35,297 nt of DNA from Silvanigrellaceae bacterium (GTDB taxonomy: Bacteria > Bdellovibrionota_B > Oligoflexia > Silvanigrellales > Silvanigrellaceae). A program made the position numbers and the translations under genes. The first letter of the stretch is position 1. Every line of letters begins with the position of its first letter. Below the pieces are notes generated by a model. That model was not told the origin of the DNA and ran no database searches. It saw only the letters and a list, made by a program, of their open reading frames with translations. Positions 1-9,800 of the stretch are shown piece after piece. Location: assembly GCA_049423385.1 (NCBI GenBank), contig JBMSQQ010000029.1, forward strand, positions 1 to 35,297. The letters run 5' to 3'.

Positions 1-23
1 GCAGCAGAGCGCTGCGCGCACTG

Positions 24-1454
24 GTGATTTTGACCAGCACGATGACGAGCATTCAGGTTTTCGCAGCAAAATCGGTTGCGCTGAAAAATCCCGAAGCCAA
101 ATTCAAACTGCCGCTGGGTGCAAGTCTGTTGGGAGTGGGCAAAGCCATTGAAGGCACCACCGATGTTTACAAGTTCAGGCTTGCCAATGGCATGAAGGTT
201 CTCATCCTGCCCGACAACCGCAATCCCCTTGCAACACTCCGCGTCAAGCTTGATGCAGGAAGCAACCGTGAAAAATTGGGAACAACCGGTCTCGCACATT
301 TTTTTGAACACATGATGTTCCGAAAAACCCAGGTGACACCTGAAGGATATTATGACCGGATTCTGGCGGGTGTTGGTGGACGCGGAAATGCCGGCACCAG
401 CACCGACTATGTTGTTTATGAATCGAGCTTTCCTGGACCAGCTCTTGAAAAATTGTTGACCCTCGAGGCGCAAAGATTCAAGTTTCTCGATCTTCAGGAT
501 CCCTACTTCACGACGGAAAAAGGTGCGGTCATTTCTGAACGCCGACTGCGCTATGAAAATGACCCACTCCAACGTGGCCAGGAGATCCTGCGCAAGGTTG
601 CTTATCGCGGAACCCCATACGAATGGCTCACCATTGGTGCCAAAAAAGACGTCGAGCAGATGTCGATAGAAGAGGCACGAAGTTTTTATCGCGACTTCTA
701 CACGCCAGACAACGCCCAGTTGTTTCTGGGCGGGCCTTTCAATGTCGAATCCGCCTTGCAAAAAATCAATGATGCCTTCGGTGATTGGCAAGGCAGGATC
801 AAGAACAACTCCATCCGGCGGTCAGAACGTCCGGAGGCTGAATTGGCGGGCAAGGAATTCGTCTGCAGCGAGAATATTTTCGAAGAACAGCACTCGATCA
901 TGTTCCCGTCGAACGACAATTCCTATCGCTCCAGCGTTTTGACCCAGGTGCTCATGCAAATTCTGAATGACGACCCGGATGGAACGATTCAAAGACGAAT
1001 GACAAAGCAAAAACTCGCGACTTCGTTTGCCGTCTTCAAAACCACCTGGCAGAAAAACTCACAGCCCTACGTTGCGTGGTTCAAACTCAACAAGCAGCAA
1101 TCGTTCGAAGCGGCTCGTGACTATTTCTACAAGGAACTCCAAAAGGCACTCTCCCGGCCCATGACCCAGGAACTCAAAAATGTGCTTTTGAAACAACAGG
1201 AAGTTGAAGAATCCGAGGTTGCCCAAAAGATGACGAGCCTCGTCGAATTCTACGAATGGAATGAATTTTTTTATGGTGACTTCAGGGTTTCGGCCCAAAC
1301 CAGAAAAATCATCGAGAACCTGACGACCCGGGATTTCCAAAATTGGGGCCGCGAGGCTTTTTCAGCCAAAAAGTCGTTTCGAACCGGCGTCACGGCTCCA
1401 GGCAAAGCAAAACCTTGCGAAGAATTCGAAAAAACCGCTTCACTGCAAAAATGA
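24..1454 (+). CDS. M16B (insulinase-family) zinc peptidase, catalytic subunit
   Basis: GxxxE..TGLAHFFEHMMF contains the inverted zinc motif HxxEH; NAGTSTD and EKGAVISE are typical M16 motifs. The frame is open to the window edge, so the true start may lie upstream. Confidence 0.93.
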   Translation: MILTSTMTSIQVFAAKSVALKNPEAKFKLPLGASLLGVGKAIEGTTDVYKFRLANGMKVLILPDNRNPLATLRVKLDAGSNREKLGTTGLAHFFEHMMFRKTQVTPEGYYDRILAGVGGRGNAGTSTDYVVYESSFPGPALEKLLTLEAQRFKFLDLQDPYFTTEKGAVISERRLRYENDPLQRGQEILRKVAYRGTPYEWLTIGAKKDVEQMSIEEARSFYRDFYTPDNAQLFLGGPFNVESALQKINDAFGDWQGRIKNNSIRRSERPEAELAGKEFVCSENIFEEQHSIMFPSNDNSYRSSVLTQVLMQILNDDPDGTIQRRMTKQKLATSFAVFKTTWQKNSQPYVAWFKLNKQQSFEAARDYFYKELQKALSRPMTQELKNVLLKQQEVEESEVAQKMTSLVEFYEWNEFFYGDFRVSAQTRKIIENLTTRDFQNWGREAFSAKKSFRTGVTAPGKAKPCEEFEKTASLQK

Positions 1455-3097
1455 GAATGCACATGAACATGCTGAATCCCCGTTTTTTCAGTAAAACTTC
1501 AAAAAAAATGTCTGCACCAGCAGCTGCTTTTTTGTTCGCCTCGGGCCTGATTGCGTTTTGCCCGGGAACGGCAATTGCTCAATCCGGCGGAGGGGGGGCT
1601 CTGACCAATCAAAGACCAGCTGTTGTCAGCAAGCCGGTTCCTTTGAATTGGCGCAGCATTCTATGGCCATCATTGAACTATTCAAGGACCCCGATCGACG
1701 GGGGCGCGGCGCTGTACTCCATTTTTGGAGAAACAGGTAAAAAAATCAGATTGGACTTCCTGTTTGAAACCGGCGTCTATTCAATTCCAAGACAATTGCG
1801 GACCAATTTGAGTGCCACCGTCGACATGTTCCTGCAGGGTGGTGCAGGCAACCGGAACTATGAAGAGTTGCAAAAATTTCTCTCTGACAACGGCATTCAG
1901 GTGACCACCGGAACCAGCCAGCTAGGCCAATTCACCGTCACGGTGGAAATGCTCTCCTCCGATTTCAATCTGGCGATGTCGGCTTTGGAATCCATGCTGT
2001 TGAAGCCTCGCTTTGATCGCGATGCTCTTGAAATTTGGAAAATGGAACAATCAGATGCATTCCAGGCAACACTTGACGGAGGCACCGCCCGCAAACAAGG
2101 GCGCTTCATCGAACAGGAAGCCATTCGCCTGGCCTTCGGCAACGAGCATTATTTTGCGCACGCTCTTGCCCGAATGTCGAAGCCCGAGCTTGAAAAAGTC
2201 ACACAAGACAAACTCCGGCAAATTGCCGGACTGCTGATCAACAGGGCTGGGCTGAATGTTGTCCTTTCCGGCAACATCAACACGAAACAGGAAAAAGCTG
2301 TTGCCGATCTGATTCGAAAAATCCCGCGCCTGACACCAGTGAGCTATTCCTGGTTGCCCGACAGAATAAAATCACCCGTCAGCAACAAGATCCGGATTGC
2401 GATCATCCGCAAAGCGGATCTCAGCCAAGCGACCCTGACGCTCCGCCACTATCTGCCCAACATCGGCAAACTCAACCGGATCGAACGCACACGCATGACT
2501 CTCTTGCGCGAGGTTTTCAGTGCGTCGGGTGGAGTGATTGGCAATGACCGTTTTTCAAAAGCCATGAGGGCCGATTCAGGACTTTCATACAGTCCGAGCG
2601 CTGCATTCGACCCGGAAGCAATCGAGCCCAACACCAACGCCGGAGTCTGGCGTCTCAGTTTTCAAAGCCCGAACGAGCGTATCGTTGAAGCCGTCAAATT
2701 GGCCGCAAAAACCTGGAACACGTTTGCCAGCGAGGGAATCACCCAGGAAGAACTGGAGAATGCGCGGATATCCCGTATCAACACCACGCTTGCGACGGAA
2801 ATGACCGTATTCGACAAAGTTGAGGATTTCATTGATGACCTGCAAACTCGAACACTGCCAAATCCATTGTCCGTGGAGACTTCGCTCGTTCGCCTTGAAC
2901 AGGAAAAAGATGCTTCGACTGTAAACAATCTGCTTTTTTCACAGGTCCAGGCAGGAACAGTCCCGGTGATGGTGATGTTCGGAAACCCGTCGGATGCAGC
3001 CATCAGTGAATTGCGCTCGATGAAGTCCATTGAGCTTGCGAAAGTTGTCACGTTTGATGACCTGGTCAAGGAAGTTGTTGCGGGAGGTCCAAAATGA
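1451..3097 (+). CDS. M16B peptidase non-catalytic partner subunit, probably exported
   Basis: M16-like sequence with no HxxEH; carries the R/Y motif MRADSGLSYS; has a hydrophobic signal-like segment ending AIA-Q. ATG at 1451 overlaps the upstream TGA (ATGA); nearby downstream ATGs are alternative starts. Confidence 0.82.
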   Translation: MRMHMNMLNPRFFSKTSKKMSAPAAAFLFASGLIAFCPGTAIAQSGGGGALTNQRPAVVSKPVPLNWRSILWPSLNYSRTPIDGGAALYSIFGETGKKIRLDFLFETGVYSIPRQLRTNLSATVDMFLQGGAGNRNYEELQKFLSDNGIQVTTGTSQLGQFTVTVEMLSSDFNLAMSALESMLLKPRFDRDALEIWKMEQSDAFQATLDGGTARKQGRFIEQEAIRLAFGNEHYFAHALARMSKPELEKVTQDKLRQIAGLLINRAGLNVVLSGNINTKQEKAVADLIRKIPRLTPVSYSWLPDRIKSPVSNKIRIAIIRKADLSQATLTLRHYLPNIGKLNRIERTRMTLLREVFSASGGVIGNDRFSKAMRADSGLSYSPSAAFDPEAIEPNTNAGVWRLSFQSPNERIVEAVKLAAKTWNTFASEGITQEELENARISRINTTLATEMTVFDKVEDFIDDLQTRTLPNPLSVETSLVRLEQEKDASTVNNLLFSQVQAGTVPVMVMFGNPSDAAISELRSMKSIELAKVVTFDDLVKEVVAGGPK

Positions 3098-3396
3098 AAG
3101 CCTTTGAAAGTTCAGAAATCAGCATTTCCGAGCTCGTCAAAAGAGTGGAAACGGCATTGCAGGGGAGAGACCTTGGAGAGATCACCCGCTTTGCACTCAA
3201 GGGACAGGAATTGAAAGTTGTGTTTTCGAAGTTCGGCACCACCGAGCTCACTTATAAAGTGGAGACCCGATCGGAGGGCTTTCGAGCCGATCTTGTGAAC
3301 GAAAAAGTCGCCCTGACCCACCGCCCCCTCAAGGCAGACATCACGGCCCGCCTTGCAAAAGTCATGGAACGCGAAGGTGCAAAGTGCACTCTTTGA
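3094..3396 (+). CDS. Hypothetical protein, 100 aa
   Basis: ATGA overlap with the upstream gene, GGAGG upstream, and globular-protein-like composition. Confidence 0.75.
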   Translation: MKAFESSEISISELVKRVETALQGRDLGEITRFALKGQELKVVFSKFGTTELTYKVETRSEGFRADLVNEKVALTHRPLKADITARLAKVMEREGAKCTL

Positions 3397-3447
3397 GTGC
3401 TTCATCCAGTTGAACAGCTCGATTCTTGACTGCAGGTAACGATAAAA

Positions 3448-3461
3448 TTGATTTTTATCAA
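3448..3461. promoter_or_regulatory. FNR-type binding site TTGAT-N4-ATCAA upstream of sdhCAB
   Basis: TTGATTTTTATCAA is an exact match to the FNR consensus, in intergenic DNA about 160 bp upstream of sdhC. Confidence 0.6.
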
Positions 3462-3619
3462 ACGTATGCTTGCGCTCATTCGAATCGGATGCCCTCCGGT
3501 GCGGGCACATTAAGAAATCCCCTGAAAGTTCAGTGGAATGGATTGCCGTTCAAAGATGTCTGGTACATCTTTGAAACAATCACTTTGCAGCAGGCACCGT
3601 ATATAAGGAGATCATCCTC

Positions 3620-4306
3620 ATGGGTCCGGGGATCATGAAATATCTGAACAGTTCGATCGGGCGGAAATACGTCATGGCCCTCAGCGGGCTCGTCTGGGTT
3701 CTTTTTGTATTGACCCACATGATTGGAAATCTTTTGATTTTCGTCGGCAAAGACGCCTACAACATGTACAGCCACAAGCTCATCACCAACCCGCTCATCT
3801 ACCTGGCTGAAGCTGCGCTGGTTGTTTTTATTGGTGCGCATGCAGCCACCGGAATTGGCTTGAGGATGCGAAACAATCGCAGCAAACCCAGTCTTTATGC
3901 GGTGACCCCGAAAGGAGTGAAGGGAGCCTCCCTGGCCTCCAAAAGCATGATTTGGTCTGGAACGATCACGCTGGTTTTCCTGGTCCTGCACCTCATCACA
4001 TTCAAATACGGTCAGCACTACACCTACAACAAGGATGGCATCGACGTTGTGGTTGATGGAATCAAGGTGCGCGATATCCATCAATTGGTTCTCGAATGCT
4101 TTGAAAAACCCGGATACGTTGCCTGGTATACCGTTTGTCTCGTTTTGGTTGGACTTCACCTTTACCACGGGGTTTCTTCCAGTTTTCAGACACTGGGACT
4201 CAATCACCCCAAGTTCAACAATGCCATCAAAATGTTCGGCTGGGCTTATGCGATCTTTGTTGCCGCTGGTTTTCTTGCGGTTCCTCTTTATGTCTTTGTA
4301 TTCTGA
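3620..4306 (+). CDS. sdhC: Succinate dehydrogenase/fumarate reductase cytochrome b558 subunit (single anchor, type B)
   Basis: SSIGRKYVMALSG, HMIGNL and HLYHGVSSSFQTLG motifs; five hydrophobic helices; four candidate heme His ligands; AAGGAG RBS. Confidence 0.95.
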   Translation: MGPGIMKYLNSSIGRKYVMALSGLVWVLFVLTHMIGNLLIFVGKDAYNMYSHKLITNPLIYLAEAALVVFIGAHAATGIGLRMRNNRSKPSLYAVTPKGVKGASLASKSMIWSGTITLVFLVLHLITFKYGQHYTYNKDGIDVVVDGIKVRDIHQLVLECFEKPGYVAWYTVCLVLVGLHLYHGVSSSFQTLGLNHPKFNNAIKMFGWAYAIFVAAGFLAVPLYVFVF

Positions 4307-4319
4307 AAGAGGTGAATGA

Positions 4320-6233
4320 ATGAAACTCGAATCCAAGATCCCGACCGGGAACATTTCAGAAAAATGGACTCACCACCAATTCGAATCAAAACTCGTCAAC
4401 CCTGCCAACCGCCGCAAGTTCAATGTCATCGTGGTTGGTACGGGACTGGCAGGTGCCTCTGCGTCGGCATCTCTCGCTGAACTCGGATACAACGTCAAAA
4501 CACTTTGCATTCACGACTCACCCCGCCGGGCGCACTCGATTGCAGCTCAAGGGGGAATCAATGCCGCCAAGAATTATCAAAACGATGGTGACTCGGTGTA
4601 CCGCCTTTTCTACGACACCATCAAAGGCGGAGACTTTCGTGCACGCGAGGCCAACGTTCATCGTCTGGCCGAAAACTCCGTCAAGATTATCGACCACTGC
4701 GTTGCATTGGGTGTGCCGTTTGCGCGTGAGTACGGTGGCCTGCTGGCAAACCGCAGTTTCGGTGGAGCGCAAGTTTCGCGCACGTTTTATGCCCGGGGCC
4801 AAACCGGTCAACAGCTTTTGCTGGGTGCCTACTCGGCGATGATGCGCCAGGTTGATACGAAAAAAGTCGAACTCCTGACGTTCCGCGAAATGCTCGACCT
4901 TGTGCTTGTGGACGGCAAAGCACGCGGCGTTATCTGCCGCAACGTGCTCACCGGTGAGATCGAATCCCATGCGGCAGATGCAGTGATTCTTGCGACCGGT
5001 GGATACGGCAACGTCTTTTACCTGTCGACCAACGCAAAATGGTCAAACGCAACTGCAATCTGGAGAGCACACAAGCGTGGCGCTGCCTTCGGCAACCCAT
5101 GCTTCACCCAGATTCACCCCACCTGCATTCCGGTCTCGGGCGATTATCAAAGCAAGCTGACTCTAATGTCTGAATCACTGAGAAATGATGGTCGCGTTTG
5201 GGTGCCCAAAAACGGCAATGACTCGCGTTCTCCAGATCAGATTCCAGAAGACGAACGCGACTATTACCTGGAGCGGATTTACCCAAGTTTTGGCAATTTG
5301 GCGCCGCGCGACATCGCCTCACGCGCTGCCAAATTTGCCTGTGACGAAGGAAAGGGAGTCGGCAGGACAAAGCTGGCTGTTTACCTCGACTTTGCCGCAG
5401 CCATCAAAAGAGATGGCCGTCCGATCATCGAGGGCAAGTATGGCAACCTTTTCCAGATGTACGAAAAGATCACCGGAGAAGATCCTTACAATGTGCCAAT
5501 GCGCATCTATCCAGCCGTGCACTATACGATGGGTGGACTTTGGGTCGATTATAACCTGCAGTCCACAATTCCCGGACTTCATGTTCTCGGAGAGGCCAAC
5601 TTCTCGGACCATGGCGCGAATCGACTTGGAGCCTCTGCCTTGATGCAAGGCCTTTCTGACGGATACTTTGTGATTCCAACGACTCTGGCTCACTATCTCG
5701 GCTCAACAAAGCTCGAGAAGGTCGACACGTCTCATCCCGCATTCAAGGATGCACGCGCTCAAGTCGAAAGCGACATCACACGCATGATGAATATCAAAGG
5801 CACGAAATCGGCAGACGAGATCCATCGCAAGCTGGGCAAGCTGATGTGGGACAACTGTGGCATGGCCCGCAATGAACAAACACTGAAAAAACTGCTCGAA
5901 GAGATCCCGAAGGTGCGCGATGAATTCTGGAACGACTTGCGCATCCCGGGTGACGCCGCGTCGCTGAACCAGGAGTTGGAGCGCGCAGGACGAGTTGCTG
6001 ACTTCATTGAACTGGGCGAATTGATGGCGCGCGATGCTCTGGAGCGAAAAGAATCATGCGGTGGACATTTCCGCACGGAATTCCAGACACCCGACAACGA
6101 GGCGTTACGCGACGACGAAAACTTCTGCCATGTGGCGGCTTGGGAATACCAGGGAGAAGGAAAACAGGCGAAACGCCACACCGAGGCCTTGAACTTTGAG
6201 TACGTCAAGCTGGCCACCCGCAGCTACAAATAA
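4320..6233 (+). CDS. sdhA: Succinate dehydrogenase/fumarate reductase flavoprotein subunit
   Basis: [11 protein letters not shown] motif, [12 protein letters not shown] covalent-FAD His motif, QIHPT, HYTMGG and HGANRLG. Confidence 0.98.
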   Translation: MKLESKIPTGNISEKWTHHQFESKLVNPANRRKFNVIVVGTGLAGASASASLAELGYNVKTLCIHDSPRRAHSIAAQGGINAAKNYQNDGDSVYRLFYDTIKGGDFRAREANVHRLAENSVKIIDHCVALGVPFAREYGGLLANRSFGGAQVSRTFYARGQTGQQLLLGAYSAMMRQVDTKKVELLTFREMLDLVLVDGKARGVICRNVLTGEIESHAADAVILATGGYGNVFYLSTNAKWSNATAIWRAHKRGAAFGNPCFTQIHPTCIPVSGDYQSKLTLMSESLRNDGRVWVPKNGNDSRSPDQIPEDERDYYLERIYPSFGNLAPRDIASRAAKFACDEGKGVGRTKLAVYLDFAAAIKRDGRPIIEGKYGNLFQMYEKITGEDPYNVPMRIYPAVHYTMGGLWVDYNLQSTIPGLHVLGEANFSDHGANRLGASALMQGLSDGYFVIPTTLAHYLGSTKLEKVDTSHPAFKDARAQVESDITRMMNIKGTKSADEIHRKLGKLMWDNCGMARNEQTLKKLLEEIPKVRDEFWNDLRIPGDAASLNQELERAGRVADFIELGELMARDALERKESCGGHFRTEFQTPDNEALRDDENFCHVAAWEYQGEGKQAKRHTEALNFEYVKLATRSYK

Positions 6234-6251
6234 TCCAAGGAGAGATTTGTC

Positions 6252-7049
6252 ATGGCAGGAAACAACAACTCAGGCACCATGCGCATCAATCTGAAGGTGT
6301 GGCGCCAAAAAAACGCAGACGCACCCGGACAACTTGTCGACTATCCACTTGAGAACATCAGTCCCGACATGTCCTTTCTCGAAATGTTTGACGTGCTCAA
6401 CGAACAGCTTGTCAAAAAAGGCGAGGAACCTGTCGCATTTGCCCACGACTGCCGTGAAGGCATCTGCGGCTCGTGCGCAATGGTGATAGATGGCGAACCT
6501 CACGGACCACAGACGGGAACAACCACTTGTCAGCTTCACATGAGAACATTCAGTGATGGTGACTCGATCGTTGTCGAACCTTTCCGCGCCAAGGCATTCC
6601 CCGTGGTGAAGGATTTGGTCACGAACAGGGGAGCACTGGATCGCATTCAAGCTGCCGGTGGATACGTGACAGTCAGCACCGGGAACGCTCCCGATGGCAA
6701 TGCAATTCCGATTTCAAAAGACATCGCCGACCTGGCCATGGACGCAGCGGCATGCATTCAATGCGGTGCTTGTGTTGCTGCGTGCAGAAATGGTTCGGCC
6801 ATGCTTTTTGTGTCTGCCAAGGTCTCGCAATTGTCCCTGCTTCCCCAGGGACAGGCAGAGCGTGAACGGCGAGTCTCCCGCATGGTGTGGCAAATGGACG
6901 AAGAGGACTTCGGCAGCTGCACAAACATGGGTTCCTGTGCAGCCGCATGTCCAAAAGAAATCAAGGTCGAAAACATTGCCCGCATGAATCGTGAATTTGG
7001 ACGCGCAATGTTGTTTGGCCGCGTGCGGGACCAGGTCGCGGAAGACTGA
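6252..7049 (+). CDS. sdhB: Succinate dehydrogenase/fumarate reductase iron-sulfur subunit
   Basis: Cluster motifs [21 protein letters not shown] and [12 protein letters not shown]. Confidence 0.97.
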   Translation: MAGNNNSGTMRINLKVWRQKNADAPGQLVDYPLENISPDMSFLEMFDVLNEQLVKKGEEPVAFAHDCREGICGSCAMVIDGEPHGPQTGTTTCQLHMRTFSDGDSIVVEPFRAKAFPVVKDLVTNRGALDRIQAAGGYVTVSTGNAPDGNAIPISKDIADLAMDAAACIQCGACVAACRNGSAMLFVSAKVSQLSLLPQGQAERERRVSRMVWQMDEEDFGSCTNMGSCAAACPKEIKVENIARMNREFGRAMLFGRVRDQVAED

Positions 7050-7129
7050 AGTCGTCCCGCTTTTTACGAGTTGGAGGGAATGCCGCAAAAAATGCGGAGC
7101 ACCCGAATGCAAAGCCGAAGCAGACAGCC

Positions 7130-7169
7130 AAAAAAAAGACCCACGGGAACATTCCGTGGGTCTTTTTTT
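7130..7169. terminator. Bidirectional intrinsic terminator
   Basis: A8-GACCCACGG-gaacatt-CCGTGGGTC-T7, lying between the convergent sdhB and bcp-fusion genes. Confidence 0.92.
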
Positions 7170-7188
7170 GGACTGCGAGACCAAAGAC

Positions 7189-8040
7189 TTAGTCTTGCAG
7201 TTTTTTGAGCGTGGCCAAAACCGATTTGGCGTGGCCATCCACCTTGACCTTGGGCCAGCGTGCAACCACGAGACCCTTTGGATTCAGCAGAAATGTACTG
7301 CGCTCAATTCCCATGAACGTCTTACCGTACATGCTCTTTTCCTTCCAGACTCCAAAACGCTCACACAGATCGCCACCCTCATCAGAGAGCAACATGAAGG
7401 CCAAACCTTCCTTCTGGGCAAACTTGCCATGACTCTGGCAGGAGTCCTTGCTCACTCCAACAACCACCGCATCCTGCAGTTTGAATTGCTGATTGAGAGC
7501 CTGGAAATCTCGGGCTTCGATTGTGCAACCGGGTGTCATGTCTTTCGGGTAGAAATATAAGACAACCCACTTGCCTCTCACGAGACCGTCGCGAAACTCC
7601 TCTCCGCCAACGCGCCCCGAAATCCTTGGAGCGCTATAGGGAGAGGAAAGTAAACCGGATTCGCCGTCGGGCTCGGAGGGCTCTCCGCCTTCGCTGGAAG
7701 TCGCCGATGCAGCAGGAGCTGCCTTGGCTTTGCGAGCGCCAGTTTTGCGAGCTGTCTTCTTGGCAGCAGCCTTCTTGGGAGCAGCTTTCTTCGCAGCAGC
7801 CTTCTTGGGAGCAGCTTTCTTCGCAGCAGCCTTCTTGGGAGCAGCTTTCTTCGCAGTTGCCTTCTTGGCAGTTGTCTTCTTGGCAGTTGCCTTCTTGGCG
7901 ACTGTCTTCTTGGCTGCTGTCTTCTTCTTCGCAGCAGGCTTCTTCTTGGCTACTGCCTTCTTGGCAGCTTTCTTAGGAGCAGCCTTCTTTGCAGCAGGTT
8001 TCTTGGTTGCAGATTTCTTCGCACCTTTCTTCGTAACCAT
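7189..8040 (-). CDS. bcp: Histone H1-like Lys/Ala-repeat domain fused to a BCP/PrxQ peroxiredoxin
   Basis: GGAGG RBS before the ATG at 8040; about 106 aa of xxxKK repeats, an acidic linker, then [18 protein letters not shown] (PxxxTxxC) and GIERSTF. Confidence 0.9.
   Translation of the reverse strand: MVTKKGAKKSATKKPAAKKAAPKKAAKKAVAKKKPAAKKKTAAKKTVAKKATAKKTTAKKATAKKAAPKKAAAKKAAPKKAAAKKAAPKKAAAKKTARKTGARKAKAAPAASATSSEGGEPSEPDGESGLLSSPYSAPRISGRVGGEEFRDGLVRGKWVVLYFYPKDMTPGCTIEARDFQALNQQFKLQDAVVVGVSKDSCQSHGKFAQKEGLAFMLLSDEGGDLCERFGVWKEKSMYGKTFMGIERSTFLLNPKGLVVARWPKVKVDGHAKSVLATLKKLQD
7763..7856. repeat. 30-bp tandem repeat, three exact copies, within a wider 15-bp-period coding repeat (about 7730-8030)
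   Basis: Unit gcagcagccttcttgggagcagctttcttc encodes [10 protein letters not shown] on the minus strand. Confidence 0.9.
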
Positions 8041-8208
8041 ATCTGTGACCTCCATTTTCAGAAAATGTAACTTTGTCTTTTTCATCTGTAAAGACGTCGA
8101 GCACATCTTTTCACTTTTCGAATACGTCAACGTCTCGACTCGCAGATCGCGTCTTGCATTCGGTACAATGTTTGCAAGCACAACTCTAAATTTGAGGCTG
8201 CAACAGAA

Positions 8209-9738
8209 ATGAATCCCGTCTCGGAAAAAATCGCCGCACCTATCTCGATGGAGAAGTTCAGATCGAACTTTCGGCACGACCTCCGCTCGAGCTTTTCCGT
8301 CTTGATTGGATTTGGGGAAGTTTTCAAAGAGGACCTTGCCTCAAGCAACGATTCAGCTGTGTCGATACTTGATTCAATCCTCAGCGAAGCACGTTCGTTG
8401 CTTGATGACACGATGGCAACGATCAATCACTGCTCCATGAATTCTGTTTCCGCCTTCAAGAGTGACGTCAAGGCAGGACTGCGCAAACAGACCATTCCGG
8501 AACTCCGAAAAATCAACGACAAGCTCGTCGAACTCGAAGCCGCACTTGGAAAGCAGGATGCTCTGGTCGGGATGCTGGAAGCCGTTCGGCAATTGTTGCT
8601 CCGTTGCCACTCTCCCTTCGATCAGAAGCTCGACCTGCCAATCCCCTCAAAGATCAAACCTGAAAACATTACGCAGGAGCAGTTGCCAAGCCAGAGCCGA
8701 GGACACGTTCTGGTGCTGGACGACGAACCTCACAACCTTCAACTCATCAGCACCTTCCTGGCACGTATGAATCTGACTTCAGCGACCTTCACTGACGGCC
8801 GTGATGCTCTTCGCGCTCTGGATATTGAAAAATTTGACCTGATACTGCTCGACCTGCATATGCCAAAGATGAGCGGGCTCCAGGTCTTGAAGGAAATCAA
8901 GAAAAATCCAAAAGTCGACTCGATTCCGGTTCTCGTTGTCACCGCATCGGACGATGCGGACGAATTGGCAGAGTGCATCGAGTCCGGTGCCGTGGATTCG
9001 CTCACAAAACCGTTTCAATCAGCTTTCCTGAAAGCCCGTGTTCTCACATCACTCACGCTGCAGGAGGCAAAAAGACGCGAACAGGAGTACGCAGAGGAGT
9101 TGAGATTTCAAAAAAACCGCATCGAGGAGCTGCTTGCCGTCATCCTGCCAAAGGAAATCATCGATGAGCTTCAGGCGACGGGTGAAGTGCAACCGAAGCG
9201 GCACGATCACGTTTGCGTCCTGTTCTGCGACATTGTCAATTTCACCCGGAGCTGCGATACACTGCCACCCGAAGTTATCCTTTCCCAACTCCAAAGCTTG
9301 TTCTCGGAATTTGAGGTGATTGTCGAACTGCACGGGTTGCAGAAGATCAAGACAATCGGAGACAGCTTCATGGCTGTTGTGGGACTGTCAAACGACTCCC
9401 CGGAGCCTGAACGTCTCGCCGCCCGGGCTGGCCTCGATTTGATTGCCAGTGCTGAAGCTCACAACTCAGGCTGGCAAGTTCGGGTTGGTATCCATTCGGG
9501 TCCTGTCGTCAGCGGACTGGTCGGGTCGAAACAATTCCTCTTCGATATCTGGGGTGACACTGTGAACACCGCCGCGCGAATCGAAGGAGCAGGACGCCCC
9601 CAATTACTCACATCATCAAAATCAACGTTCGAGCGGCTGGGAGCGGATGCCAGGGGATACAGCCTGGGCCTCATCAACCTCAAAGGCAAAGGCGAGCAGG
9701 AAATCTTTGTCATCGAAGAAATTCTGAACAGGAAATAA
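8209..9738 (+). CDS. Class III adenylate cyclase with N-terminal HisKA-like and receiver domains
   Basis: H-box-like [19 protein letters not shown] motifs VLDDE, LLDLHMP and TKP; cyclase motifs [15 protein letters not shown] and [15 protein letters not shown], whose K/D pair indicates ATP specificity. Confidence 0.92.
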   Translation: MNPVSEKIAAPISMEKFRSNFRHDLRSSFSVLIGFGEVFKEDLASSNDSAVSILDSILSEARSLLDDTMATINHCSMNSVSAFKSDVKAGLRKQTIPELRKINDKLVELEAALGKQDALVGMLEAVRQLLLRCHSPFDQKLDLPIPSKIKPENITQEQLPSQSRGHVLVLDDEPHNLQLISTFLARMNLTSATFTDGRDALRALDIEKFDLILLDLHMPKMSGLQVLKEIKKNPKVDSIPVLVVTASDDADELAECIESGAVDSLTKPFQSAFLKARVLTSLTLQEAKRREQEYAEELRFQKNRIEELLAVILPKEIIDELQATGEVQPKRHDHVCVLFCDIVNFTRSCDTLPPEVILSQLQSLFSEFEVIVELHGLQKIKTIGDSFMAVVGLSNDSPEPERLAARAGLDLIASAEAHNSGWQVRVGIHSGPVVSGLVGSKQFLFDIWGDTVNTAARIEGAGRPQLLTSSKSTFERLGADARGYSLGLINLKGKGEQEIFVIEEILNRK

Positions 9739-9760
9739 AAAAACTCCCCTTTCGGAGAGT
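9737..9760 (-). terminator. Intrinsic terminator of the HU gene
   Basis: Minus strand reads ACTCTCC-GAAA-GGGGAGT followed by a T run. Confidence 0.75.
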
Positions 9761-9800
9761 CCGCATCTGCAATGGAAAATTCGGGCAATCCGAATTTAAA

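Noticed and set aside
3530..4354. Long antisense ORFs (also 11347..12168, 20254..21009, 24784..25545, 28509..29234 and others)
   Set aside because: They are shadows of well-supported genes and have no motifs of their own.
7050..7129. Possible small RNA or hairpin after sdhB (ccgca-aaaaa-tgcgg)
   Set aside because: It is only a short stem with no recognisable ncRNA features.
7730..8030. Repeats as a possible CRISPR array
   Set aside because: They are head-to-tail coding repeats without unique spacers, and no cas genes are present.
8149..8178. Inverted repeat CTTGCA...TGCAAG in the bcp/cyclase divergent region
   Set aside because: The arms are only 6 bp, too weak to call an operator without conservation data.
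7724..8212. 162-aa hydrophobic ORF (AAFLGAAFF repeats) on the + strand
   Set aside because: It is the antisense mirror of the Lys/Ala repeat codons.
8041..8277. N-terminal extension of ORF 7189..8277
   Set aside because: It overlaps the divergent cyclase start, and a strong RBS supports the ATG at 8040.
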